A stretch of 64,000 bases of DNA from an uncultured delta proteobacterium (lineage in GTDB: Bacteria > Myxococcota_A > Polyangia > Polyangiales > Polyangiaceae), in assembly GCA_963841435.1 (NCBI GenBank), contig CAWJCS010000003.1, positions 576,001 to 640,000 of the forward strand. The letters are read 5' to 3'. This document shows, piece after piece, positions 49,872 to 58,569 of this stretch. Position numbers and translations under genes: made by a program. The notes beneath the pieces were generated by a model that was not told where the DNA came from, did not search any database, and worked only from the letters and a program-made list of their open reading frames with translations. Each line of letters begins with the position of its first letter. Position 1 is the stretch's first letter.

Positions 49872-50585
49872 ATGATGCTCGCCTGCCGCGCTGCTTCCCT
49901 GCTCGCATTCGCCGTTGCGATCGCCTGCGCCCCGACCGAGACGGGAAACCCGCCTGCAAGCGATAGCCTGCTCTTTACCGCAGGCAGTTCGGCACCCGAC
50001 GACATTGCAGTTTCACCGGACACGGCCCCCGTCAGCGTGGAGGCGTTGTGGCTTGGCTCCACGACGCTCGGCTACATCCCCTGCGACGGCGACGCGACGA
50101 ACTCCGTCTACCTCAAGCAAGAAGCAAGCGCGATGGAGCTCGTGAGCGGGGACGGCGCGCTAGCGGTCGGCGCGGTGCCCGACGGCAGCTACTGCCTCAT
50201 CTTCATGCAGGGCTCGGCCGTGCCGGGCGACGAAGTACCCGCCGAGCTCCACGACTACTCGTTTTTTTCCACGGGCAGCCTCGCGAGCGGCGCGAAATTC
50301 GAGATTTTGGGTGACGACATCGGCCTCGAGCATGCGTTCCCGAACCCGATCGTCCGCGGTCCGAGCTCTCCGAACCTGTTGCTGGAGCTCGACGTGGCTC
50401 ATCTGCTGTCCCCTCTCGCTCTCGACCAGGCGGCGCCCGACACGGACGGCGTCGTCCACGTCAACAAGTCGATTGTCACGGGAGATCCGAGCGGTTTCCG
50501 CGAAGGCTTCCGCACCTCGGTGAGCCTGCACGAGGATCTGAACGGCAACGGGCGCGTGGACGCGAACGAACCCGACCTGTTCTGA
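49872..50585 (+). CDS. Hypothetical lipoprotein (TETGNP motif)
   Basis: Lipobox VAIAC followed by PTETGNP; EF-hand-like DLNGNGRVD at the C-terminus. Confidence 0.65.
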   Translation: MMLACRAASLLAFAVAIACAPTETGNPPASDSLLFTAGSSAPDDIAVSPDTAPVSVEALWLGSTTLGYIPCDGDATNSVYLKQEASAMELVSGDGALAVGAVPDGSYCLIFMQGSAVPGDEVPAELHDYSFFSTGSLASGAKFEILGDDIGLEHAFPNPIVRGPSSPNLLLELDVAHLLSPLALDQAAPDTDGVVHVNKSIVTGDPSGFREGFRTSVSLHEDLNGNGRVDANEPDLF

Positions 50586-50726
50586 AACCGGGGGCGCGTG
50601 CTTCGTGTCGGCGCGCGCCTGGCGGCTTCGTGGACGACTGAACATGATCCCGGGACTCTCGGCCATGGTTGACCTGCTGGGCTCGCCTGATAGGCGATCC
50701 CGACACCAGAAACGGAGGAAGCTGAC

Positions 50727-51404
50727 ATGAAGATCGGAGTCTTGGGGACCGGGATCGTGGGTCGAACCATCGCAGAAAAGCTTGCCGAGCTCGGACATAC
50801 GGTCACCGTCGGGACGCGCGACCCGGCCGCCACGCTGGCGCGCTCCGAGCCCGACGGCATGGGCAACCCACCCTTCAAAGTCTGGCGCGAGGCGCATCCG
50901 AAGATCGACCTCGGGACGTTGGCGCAGGCGGCGGCGCACGGCGAGCTCGTCGTCCACGCCATGTCCGGCAAGGGGGCCCTCGATTCTCTGAAGGAGGTGA
51001 GCCGGGAGCTCGGCAGCAAGGTGCTCGTCGATATTTCGAACCCCCTCGATTTCTCGAAGGGCTTTCCCCCCACGCTCAGCGTCTGCAACACCGACTCACT
51101 CGCCGAGCAGATCCAGCGTGAGCTGCCGAACGTCAAGCTGGTCAAGACGCTCAACACCGTGAACGCCAACCTCATGGTGGCGCCGGACCTGCTCGCCGGG
51201 GGCGATCACACCATGTTCGTCGCCGGCAACGACGCCGCCGCCAAGGCCAGCGTCACGAAGCTACTCGAGAGCTTCGGCTGGAAGGATATCGTGGATCTCG
51301 GCAACGTCAGCATGGCGCGCGGACTCGAGATGTACCTGCCGCTCTGGGTTCGGGCGTTCGGCGCCGTCAAGACGCCGATGTTCTCGATCAAGCTCGTGCG
51401 CTGA
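50727..51404 (+). CDS. NADPH-dependent F420 reductase-like / NADP oxidoreductase
   Basis: MKIGVLGTGIVG, VDISNPLDF, SLAEQIQ, VKTLNT and DLGNV; GGAGG RBS. Confidence 0.88.
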   Translation: MKIGVLGTGIVGRTIAEKLAELGHTVTVGTRDPAATLARSEPDGMGNPPFKVWREAHPKIDLGTLAQAAAHGELVVHAMSGKGALDSLKEVSRELGSKVLVDISNPLDFSKGFPPTLSVCNTDSLAEQIQRELPNVKLVKTLNTVNANLMVAPDLLAGGDHTMFVAGNDAAAKASVTKLLESFGWKDIVDLGNVSMARGLEMYLPLWVRAFGAVKTPMFSIKLVR

Positions 51405-51417
51405 CGGCGGGCGCGGG

Positions 51418-52213
51418 ATGGGCGAAGAAGCCTCGAAACGGACCTGCCTCGTCACGGGGGCGAGCCGCGGGCTCGGCCTCGAAACGTGCCGGGCTCTCGC
51501 CACGAAGGGGCTCCGCGTCGTGCTCACGAGCCGAACGGCGGCCGGGCGCGACGCGGCCCAGAGGCTCGGAGCGAGCGGACTCAACGTCTCGCACCGCCTG
51601 CTCGAACGTCGCGGATCCGAACAGCATCCTCGAGCTCGGGGAGGCCTGCCGCCGCGACGCTCTCGACATCGACGTGCTCGTGAACAATGCGGGCGTCGCA
51701 CTCGACGGCTTCGATGCGCGCGTGGCACGCGACACGATGGAGACGAACTTCTTCGGTCCCTTGCGTGTCACCGAAGCGCTGCTCCCGTCGATCCGCGACG
51801 GGGGTCACGTCGTGATGGTTTCGAGCGGCATCGGGGAGCTTTCGGGGATTGCCTCGCCGCTCAGAGAGCGCTTCGCGGACCCTCTGCTCACTCGCGACGG
51901 GCTCATCGAGCTCGCGCAATCGTTCGTGGCGGCGGTCGAGCAGGGGCAGCACGCCGCACTCGGCTGGCCGTCGTCCGCGTACCGCATCTCGAAAGTGAGC
52001 CTGAACGCGCTGACGCGGGTCTTTGCGGCGAGCCTCGCGCCGCGGCGGATCCGGGTGAATGCCGTGTGCCCCGGGTGGGTGCGGACGGACATGGGGGGCC
52101 CCGGAGCGGCGCGGAGCATCGAGCAGGGTGCCGCCTCAATCGTGGGGCTCGCCCTCACGGAGAGCGGCCCCACGGGCGGCTTCTTCCGGGACCAGAAGCC
52201 CATCCCCTGGTGA
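51418..52213 (+). CDS. SDR oxidoreductase (carbonyl reductase-like), frameshift near 51605
   Basis: TGASRGLG in ORF 51418; LVNNAG, YRISK and CPGWVRTDMGG in ORF 51674..52213. Removing one A restores LDVAD. Confidence 0.85.
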
Positions 52214-52245
52214 GCGCCTCGCCGCCCCGTGACGGGGCGACGCCG

Positions 52246-53862
52246 CTACTTGGCGTAGGGCGACATCAGATCGAGAGCCGCCGCCCTGGGCGCGTGCTTG
52301 ACGTGCACGGGAGGCGCGGACGACGGCGGGCTCGCCGGCACGTTTTGCGCGCCCGCCGCACCGCTTTTTCGGGCCCCGTGCGCCACCGCGCGCGGCGGGG
52401 CCCCGCTCGAGGCGACCGCGGAAGCGGAAGGCGCGGACGAGGCAGCAAGCGGCACAGCCGCGGTGTCGAGGGGCGGCCCGGCAACAGCGGACGGGTCGGT
52501 CGGCGCGGGAGCCGCAGGCGCCTCGGCCGCGCGTGCTGGTAGCTCGGGCGCAGGGAGCGTGACTTCTGGCGCGACCGCTGCGAACGCGGCCGCGTCGGCC
52601 GCGGGTGTGTCGCGGGCACCGAGCGCGTGCGGTGGTAGCGATCGCGCGGCGACGAACGCGGTGGCACCGATCGCCACGGCGACGGCCGCCCCGATCATCC
52701 TGTTGCGCGAACGGCGATGCCGACCGAGCTCGGTCGGCATCTCACTCGGTCGCGCCTGTGCCAACTGTATGGAGGGCACGTTGTTGACGAGGATCGCGCG
52801 TAGCGATCCGCCGCTCTGGGACGGCGCCGGCGAAAGAAGTCCATTTTCGACGCCGACAAGCTGCCGCTCGTCGGCCGCGAGCAGGAAGCGACGCATGGCC
52901 TCGCGCCGCGCGGCGGCCCGGTCGCCCATGGTGCGCGACACGAACTCCCTGAGCTGCACGTCAACGAGCGGCACGAACGCCTGCGGAACGGCGTTCTCGA
53001 GCGCGAGCCGCAGTGCATCGGCCGTCTGATAGCGCTTCTCGGGCTCCTTCTCGAGGGCCTTCAGCAGCACCGCCTCCAGCGCGGGGGAGCACGCTGGCAC
53101 GAATTTCGAGGGCGGTGGGGGCAAGTGCTCGCCGGTGATCGCCGCGAGGACGCTGATTTTCGTGTCGACCTTGAAGGGGTGCCGGCCGGTCACGAGCAGG
53201 TAGAGCACGATGCCGAGCGCGAACACGTCGGCGCGCCGATCGATCTCACCTCCCAGCACCTGCTCCGGCGCCATGAACGAATACTTGCCCTTGACCTCGC
53301 CGTTGGCCGTGAGCGAGCTTTCTTCGTTGGTCGCCTTGGCGATCCCGAAGTCCACGAGCTTGATCTGACCCGAGTGCGTCACGAGCATGTTGTGCGGCGA
53401 CACATCGCGGTGCACGACACCGAGGTGCACGCCGAGGTCACTCGTGAGCTCGTGCGCCGCGTGCAGCCCGCGGCACGCCTGGGCGATGAAATTCACGCCG
53501 ACGGGCACCGGGACCCAACCTCGCTCCTCGGCGCGCTTGAGCACGAAGTCGAGCGACTCGCCGTCGACCCATTCCATGACGAGGTAGAGCGTGCCCTGGT
53601 GCTCGCCGAGCTCCGTCGTCTGCACGACGTTCGGGTGGTGAATCAGCGACGCGATGCGCGCCTCGGCGAGCAGCATTTCCTCGAGGCGCGCGTCGTGGCG
53701 AAGCTCGGGAAGCAGGGTCTTGATGGCGACGATCTTCTGAAACCCGCGCGCACCCGTGAGCCGTCCGGCCCAGACCTGCCCCATCCCGCCGCGCGCAACC
53801 TGGGCCAGGAGCTCGTAGCGCCCGAGCGAATATCCCGGCGACAGTGATGCGCGTTCGACCAT
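52246..53862 (-). CDS. Membrane Ser/Thr protein kinase
   Basis: [26 protein letters not shown] and MAPEQ; TM helix; Pro/Ala tail ending LDLMSPYAK. Confidence 0.92.
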   Translation of the reverse strand: MVERASLSPGYSLGRYELLAQVARGGMGQVWAGRLTGARGFQKIVAIKTLLPELRHDARLEEMLLAEARIASLIHHPNVVQTTELGEHQGTLYLVMEWVDGESLDFVLKRAEERGWVPVPVGVNFIAQACRGLHAAHELTSDLGVHLGVVHRDVSPHNMLVTHSGQIKLVDFGIAKATNEESSLTANGEVKGKYSFMAPEQVLGGEIDRRADVFALGIVLYLLVTGRHPFKVDTKISVLAAITGEHLPPPPSKFVPACSPALEAVLLKALEKEPEKRYQTADALRLALENAVPQAFVPLVDVQLREFVSRTMGDRAAARREAMRRFLLAADERQLVGVENGLLSPAPSQSGGSLRAILVNNVPSIQLAQARPSEMPTELGRHRRSRNRMIGAAVAVAIGATAFVAARSLPPHALGARDTPAADAAAFAAVAPEVTLPAPELPARAAEAPAAPAPTDPSAVAGPPLDTAAVPLAASSAPSASAVASSGAPPRAVAHGARKSGAAGAQNVPASPPSSAPPVHVKHAPRAAALDLMSPYAK

Positions 53863-54027
53863 GCGACGACCCCCGAAGCCTGCGCCGGGGTCCCTCTACC
53901 CGAACGGTCGCGACTCGGACTCATATAAGGTAGCAACTCCTCGTCGCGATATCCAGGCGGAGAGGCGCCCACGTTCACCCACACGCGCCCGCCCCCGCTT
54001 TCCGACCCGCGCGAAAACCTGGCGCGT

Positions 54028-55896
54028 CTACTTCGTGCAAATACCAGCCACGCACGTGCGGTTCCCCATGCACGACGTGCTGCAGCTTCCGCAGTGCTGT
54101 TTGTCGGTCGCCGTGTCAACGCAGGTGCCGCCACACAGCGAATAGCCGGCGTCGCAGGACAGGCCGCACACCCCGCCACCACAGACGCCGGTCGCGTGCG
54201 CGGGGCCGGGGCAGCGTTTGCCGCACATGCCGCAATTGTCAACGTCGGACTGCAGATTCACGCAGCCCGAGTTGCAGAGCGAAGCCGGGCTCACGCACTC
54301 GATGCCACATGTGCCTGCGGTGCAAGTTGGTCGCGCGTTGGTGGCGCCACCGCACACCGCACCGCAGACCCCGCAGTTCGAGGTGTCGGACGAGGTGTCA
54401 ACGCACGCACCGCTGCAGCTCTGTGTGCCGGACGGGCAGCTCATGCCGCACTTCCCGCCGGCGCAGGTGAGACCCGTGGCGCAGGCGTAGCCACAGCTGC
54501 CGCAGTTACCCGGGTTCGTGCTCGCGTTGACGCAGGCGCCGTTGCACGCCGTGTAGCCGCTGCTGCAAGAAAACCCACAGCCGGAGGTCGTGCAGGTGGG
54601 GCTGGCGTTTGCGACGCCCGCACAGGTCTCGCCACACGCGCCGCAGTTCGCGACGTCGGTGTCCAGGCGCACGCACTTGCCGTCGCACGGCGTGTAGCCG
54701 GAGTTGCAGCTCACGGCGCATGCCCCGTCGACGCACTTGGCCGTGCCGTTGGCGGGAACGGGGCAACCCAGCCCGCAACCACCGCAGTTTACGGGATCGG
54801 TGTCCGGATCGACGCACACGCCGCTGCAACCGACCATCGAGCCGGCACAGGACGTGTCGCACGCCCCTGCCTGACAGATGTACCCTTGATCACAGGGCTG
54901 ATCACAACCGCCGCAGTGAACGGGGCTCGACTGCGTGTCGACGCAGGAGTCCCCGCACATCGCGAAGCCCTCCTTGCAACTGAAGCCGCAGGTCGCGTCG
55001 TCGCACGAGGCCGTCCCATTCGTCGGGCTGTCGCAGGGCATGTCGCAACCGCCGCAGTTGCGCACGTCCTTGGAGGTGTCAACGCAGCTCGCGCCGTCGC
55101 AGTCGGAGAAGCCAGGATCGCAGTCGATGCCGCAGCTCCCGCTACTGCACACGCCGCGCCCGCTCGTCGGCATGGGGCACGCCTTCCCGCAGGCGCCGCA
55201 ATTCGCGCGAGAGACGGCGGTATCGACACAGGAGCCGCTGCAGTTGTCGAGCCCTCCCGAGCAGGCGTCACTGCACTTGCCGGCGTCGCACACCTCGCTA
55301 CTGCCGCAGGCTACGTCGCAGTCACCGCAATGCTTCGGGTCGCTCGTCGTATCGACGCACGCCCCGGAACAATCCTCGAATGGATCGTCGCACGCGACAC
55401 CGCACACGCCGTCCACGCAGGTGGGCGAGCCGTCGTCCGGCATCGGGCAGCTCTGTCCACAGCCGCCGCAGTTGTCGATGTCGTTCTTCGTGTCGACGCA
55501 GATGTCGCCGCAGGGCTCGTAGGGATCGGAACAGGTGAACTTGCAGGTGCTCTTCGAGCACGCGGGGTCGCCGTGAGCGGGCGCCGTGCAGGTGGCGCCA
55601 CAGCCGCCGCAATTGTCGGGCGAGGTCGCGAGGACCACGCATCGGCTACCGCAAACCGTCTCGCCCTCGCGGCACACGAGCGGCCCGCCGTCGTCGACCG
55701 GCTCGGCGGTGCCGAGCGGTACGCAGGTGTTCGTCGCCTCGTCGCACTCCCACCCGGGGAGGCATTGCTTGTTAGGATCGCAGGTCTTGCCCTCGAGGCT
55801 GTCGGACAGACCTCCCTGGCACGCAATGGCGACGGCGACGCCGGCAAGCGCGACGGCCAGGCGCCCGAGGCGCGTAGCAGCAAGAAAGCTCCTCAC
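54028..55896 (-). CDS. Cys-rich repeat lipoprotein (Stig1/MXAN_6577-like, 12 repeats)
   Basis: Lipobox VAIAC; 12 copies of CV(D/x)...(N/H)CGxC(G/D)..C. Confidence 0.85.
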   Translation of the reverse strand: MRSFLAATRLGRLAVALAGVAVAIACQGGLSDSLEGKTCDPNKQCLPGWECDEATNTCVPLGTAEPVDDGGPLVCREGETVCGSRCVVLATSPDNCGGCGATCTAPAHGDPACSKSTCKFTCSDPYEPCGDICVDTKNDIDNCGGCGQSCPMPDDGSPTCVDGVCGVACDDPFEDCSGACVDTTSDPKHCGDCDVACGSSEVCDAGKCSDACSGGLDNCSGSCVDTAVSRANCGACGKACPMPTSGRGVCSSGSCGIDCDPGFSDCDGASCVDTSKDVRNCGGCDMPCDSPTNGTASCDDATCGFSCKEGFAMCGDSCVDTQSSPVHCGGCDQPCDQGYICQAGACDTSCAGSMVGCSGVCVDPDTDPVNCGGCGLGCPVPANGTAKCVDGACAVSCNSGYTPCDGKCVRLDTDVANCGACGETCAGVANASPTCTTSGCGFSCSSGYTACNGACVNASTNPGNCGSCGYACATGLTCAGGKCGMSCPSGTQSCSGACVDTSSDTSNCGVCGAVCGGATNARPTCTAGTCGIECVSPASLCNSGCVNLQSDVDNCGMCGKRCPGPAHATGVCGGGVCGLSCDAGYSLCGGTCVDTATDKQHCGSCSTSCMGNRTCVAGICTK

Positions 55897-55898
55897 GC

Positions 55899-56909
55899 TC
55901 AGAAGCTCCCCGCGAGAGAGCCCGTGAGCCCTCCGGGCGCGGGCGAGAGCGTGAGCGAGCTGACTTTTTCGGACTTTCGTCCGGTGAGATCCACGACGAG
56001 GAGCACGCCGCCCAGCACGACGAGCCCACCACCCACGGAGGCGAGCGCGCGCGCCGTCGTGCGCCGGCTCTCCATCTTGTCCAGGTTCTCCTTGTAACCG
56101 ATCTGCGTCGGATCGTCCTTGGCGGCTTTCTCGGAGCTCTGCCGCATCAGCTCGAAAGCGAGCGCGCCGCCGAGCGTCGCGCCGCCGGCGCCGAACGCGA
56201 CCCAGGGCCAGACGCCGAGGCCTCCACCCTGCGCGCGCTCGGCGGCGGGGGGCGTGCCCGCGGGCAGCGGGGCGACCGGCGCGGCCGCGGCAGGGGCGGC
56301 CTGAGGAGCGGCAACGGCGGGCGCACGCGACAGCTCCGCCGTGAAATCGCGCGCGTGCTCGGCGGCGAGCTCGACGTCGCTTTCCGAATCGCGGTAGCCG
56401 CGCAACGTCAAGGCGACGTGGTGAGTGCCGGGCGGCAGGTCAGCGGTCCACGGCGTGACGCCGACGGGCGTCCGATCGACGGCCACGGTGGCACCCGCCG
56501 GCTCCGAAAGCACGGTGAGCTGCTGCACCCCCTTCGCCTGCAGCTTGGCTTCGAAGCGCTCCACGAGCTTTTGCACGTCGGACACGTTGGGGGCATCGCC
56601 GGCGCGCCGGACGTAGTCGCGGTACCAGCGCAGGGCACCCGAATCGTCACCGAGCTTCTCGTAGGCGCGCGCGATGTTGAACGAGAGCGGCGCGCTCGGC
56701 GACAACCGGTCCGCGGCTAGAAACAGATCGACCGCGTCCTTGAAGCGCCCCGCCGTGTACGCATCCACGCCCTTCTCGTAACGAGCCTTGGCATCGGCGA
56801 GGCGCGTGTCGGCGACGGCTTGTTGCGACGGTGCGTCTCCGAGCGCGGGCGTCGTCACGGAGAGCACCACGAGCAAGGCAAGCGTTCGCACGGCCCCAGT
56901 CTTCCCCAT
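55899..56909 (-). CDS. TPR + PEGA domain exported protein
   Basis: Signal peptide; TPR (AKARYEKG...FNIARAYEKLG); PEGA (SEPAGATVAVD..VGVTP...LPPGTHHV.L..GY); hydrophobic C-terminal segments; ends in Phe. Confidence 0.88.
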   Translation of the reverse strand: MGKTGAVRTLALLVVLSVTTPALGDAPSQQAVADTRLADAKARYEKGVDAYTAGRFKDAVDLFLAADRLSPSAPLSFNIARAYEKLGDDSGALRWYRDYVRRAGDAPNVSDVQKLVERFEAKLQAKGVQQLTVLSEPAGATVAVDRTPVGVTPWTADLPPGTHHVALTLRGYRDSESDVELAAEHARDFTAELSRAPAVAAPQAAPAAAAPVAPLPAGTPPAAERAQGGGLGVWPWVAFGAGGATLGGALAFELMRQSSEKAAKDDPTQIGYKENLDKMESRRTTARALASVGGGLVVLGGVLLVVDLTGRKSEKVSSLTLSPAPGGLTGSLAGSF

Positions 56910-56922
56910 GTTCTTTGCCCCC

Positions 56923-58383
56923 TCAATACGGCGTCATCAAATCGAGCTTCGGGGGCGCACTTGGCTGGGGTTTCGCGCTCGGTCTCTCGGTCGGGCTCGC
57001 GCGCCGCGGCGCGGGGCGGCGCACGACGCGAGGCGCCGGTTTTTCGGGCTCACTGGATACCGGCGCCGCGCTCGACGCTGGCTTCGAGCTTTCGGTCGCG
57101 CTGGGGGCCGGGAGAGCTGGCTTTTCGGCGACAGCGCGGTGTGCCGCTGGAATGGGCCCCTGGGGCGTTCGCTCCGCAGTCACGGTCTTCGATGGGCCCG
57201 ACCCCGGCGACGCTGCCCGAAATAGCCAGGCCGCCAGCGTTGCAGCCAGCACCGCGACGATGCCGATCGGGACGAGCGCCGTGCGACGCGGCTGCGATGC
57301 CTTGGTGACCACCGACGCCACGCTCGTCGGCGCGTTCGAGCTCACCTTGCGGCCCGTAGTCTCGAAGCGCACGGGCGTGTGCGATTCGAGACCCACGACG
57401 CCGGACAGCGATTCCATCGTGGCCCGGCTGAACCGGCCCCCCGAGTCGGAGCGACGGTTGAGCCAGCGTGCGTCGATGCTCGTGCCCGCGATATCCTCGA
57501 ACACACCCTGTCCGAACAGCCAGTGCGCGAGCGCCGTTCCGAGCTCGTTCATCGATTGATACCGCTCGGCTCGGAACTTCGACAGTCCCTTCTCGACGAC
57601 GTCGGAGAGCTCCCCATCGGCGGCGATGAGCTCGCGCAAAGTCCGCGGCGGCTGCTCGATGATCGCGCGCAGGAGCGCGTGGTAGTTCTGGCCGTCGAAG
57701 GGTGGGCTGCCCGTGATCACCTCGTAAAGCAGCACGCAGAAGGACCACACGTCGGAGCGCTGATCGATGTCGTCGTCACCGCGGGCCTGCTCGGGCGACA
57801 TGTAATCCGGGCTGCCGATGAGATCACCCTTCTGCGTGAGCTTCGAGCTCACGTCGCGGTGCTCGAGCTTGGCGATCCCGAAGTCCACGAGCTTGGGACG
57901 CAGATCGCCCGCCTCGTACGCGAGAAAGACGTTGTCCGGCTTGATGTCGCGATGGACGATACCCTTGGCGTGCGCCGCGCAGAGCGCGTCGGCGATCGGC
58001 AAGAGCATGCGGACGGCGTCGATGGCGCTCAGGCGCGCCCGGCGAGCGAGCAACGCGGCCACGCTCTCGCCCTCGAGCAGCTCCATGACGATGAATGGCT
58101 CGCCGCGGTCGGTCTGGCCGACATCGAACACCCGAACGATGGCCGGGTGCCCGAGGCGAGCTACGGCGCGCGCCTCCTGCAGCAGGCGGTCGTTCATGTC
58201 GTTGCGATCGATCTCGCCGCGGATGAGCTTGATGGCGACCGCGGCGTCGAGCGCGACGTTCTTCGCCTCCCAGACGGAGCCCATGCCGCCCTCGCCGAGC
58301 AGCTTCTCGAGCCGATACTTCCCCCCGATGACGGCTCCGGACGCGTGCAGCGCGGGCTCCTTGGACTTGGGCGGCGGGTTCAT
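56923..58383 (-). CDS. Membrane Ser/Thr protein kinase
   Basis: LGEGGMGSV, VAIK, HRDIKPDN, DFGIAK and YMSPEQ; TM helix; Pro/Ala tail ending LDLMTPY. Confidence 0.93.
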   Translation of the reverse strand: MNPPPKSKEPALHASGAVIGGKYRLEKLLGEGGMGSVWEAKNVALDAAVAIKLIRGEIDRNDMNDRLLQEARAVARLGHPAIVRVFDVGQTDRGEPFIVMELLEGESVAALLARRARLSAIDAVRMLLPIADALCAAHAKGIVHRDIKPDNVFLAYEAGDLRPKLVDFGIAKLEHRDVSSKLTQKGDLIGSPDYMSPEQARGDDDIDQRSDVWSFCVLLYEVITGSPPFDGQNYHALLRAIIEQPPRTLRELIAADGELSDVVEKGLSKFRAERYQSMNELGTALAHWLFGQGVFEDIAGTSIDARWLNRRSDSGGRFSRATMESLSGVVGLESHTPVRFETTGRKVSSNAPTSVASVVTKASQPRRTALVPIGIVAVLAATLAAWLFRAASPGSGPSKTVTAERTPQGPIPAAHRAVAEKPALPAPSATESSKPASSAAPVSSEPEKPAPRVVRRPAPRRASPTERPSAKPQPSAPPKLDLMTPY

Positions 58384-58569
58384 GGGCGTGCGGATCGGTC
58401 TTGGTACCGGCTGCGGCTTAGCGCAATCCTACGAACATACCATTTTCGCCCCCGTTTCCAGCGGGCGCGGACGGATCGGGCGCCGGCACGACTTGACACC
58501 ATTCGTTCGTGGCGCGACGGACTCGTTCTTTCCGAGCGTGGCGCGTGAAGCAAACCGCTTTCGCTCGGT

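Noticed and set aside
50584-50607. GAAACC-N14-CGTG upstream of the NADP oxidoreductase
   Set aside because: Spacer and -10 both deviate from the four strong sites.
54028-55896. Periodic DNA repeats as a possible CRISPR array
   Set aside because: They are degenerate coding repeats of a Cys-rich protein; there are no identical repeats with spacers and no cas genes.
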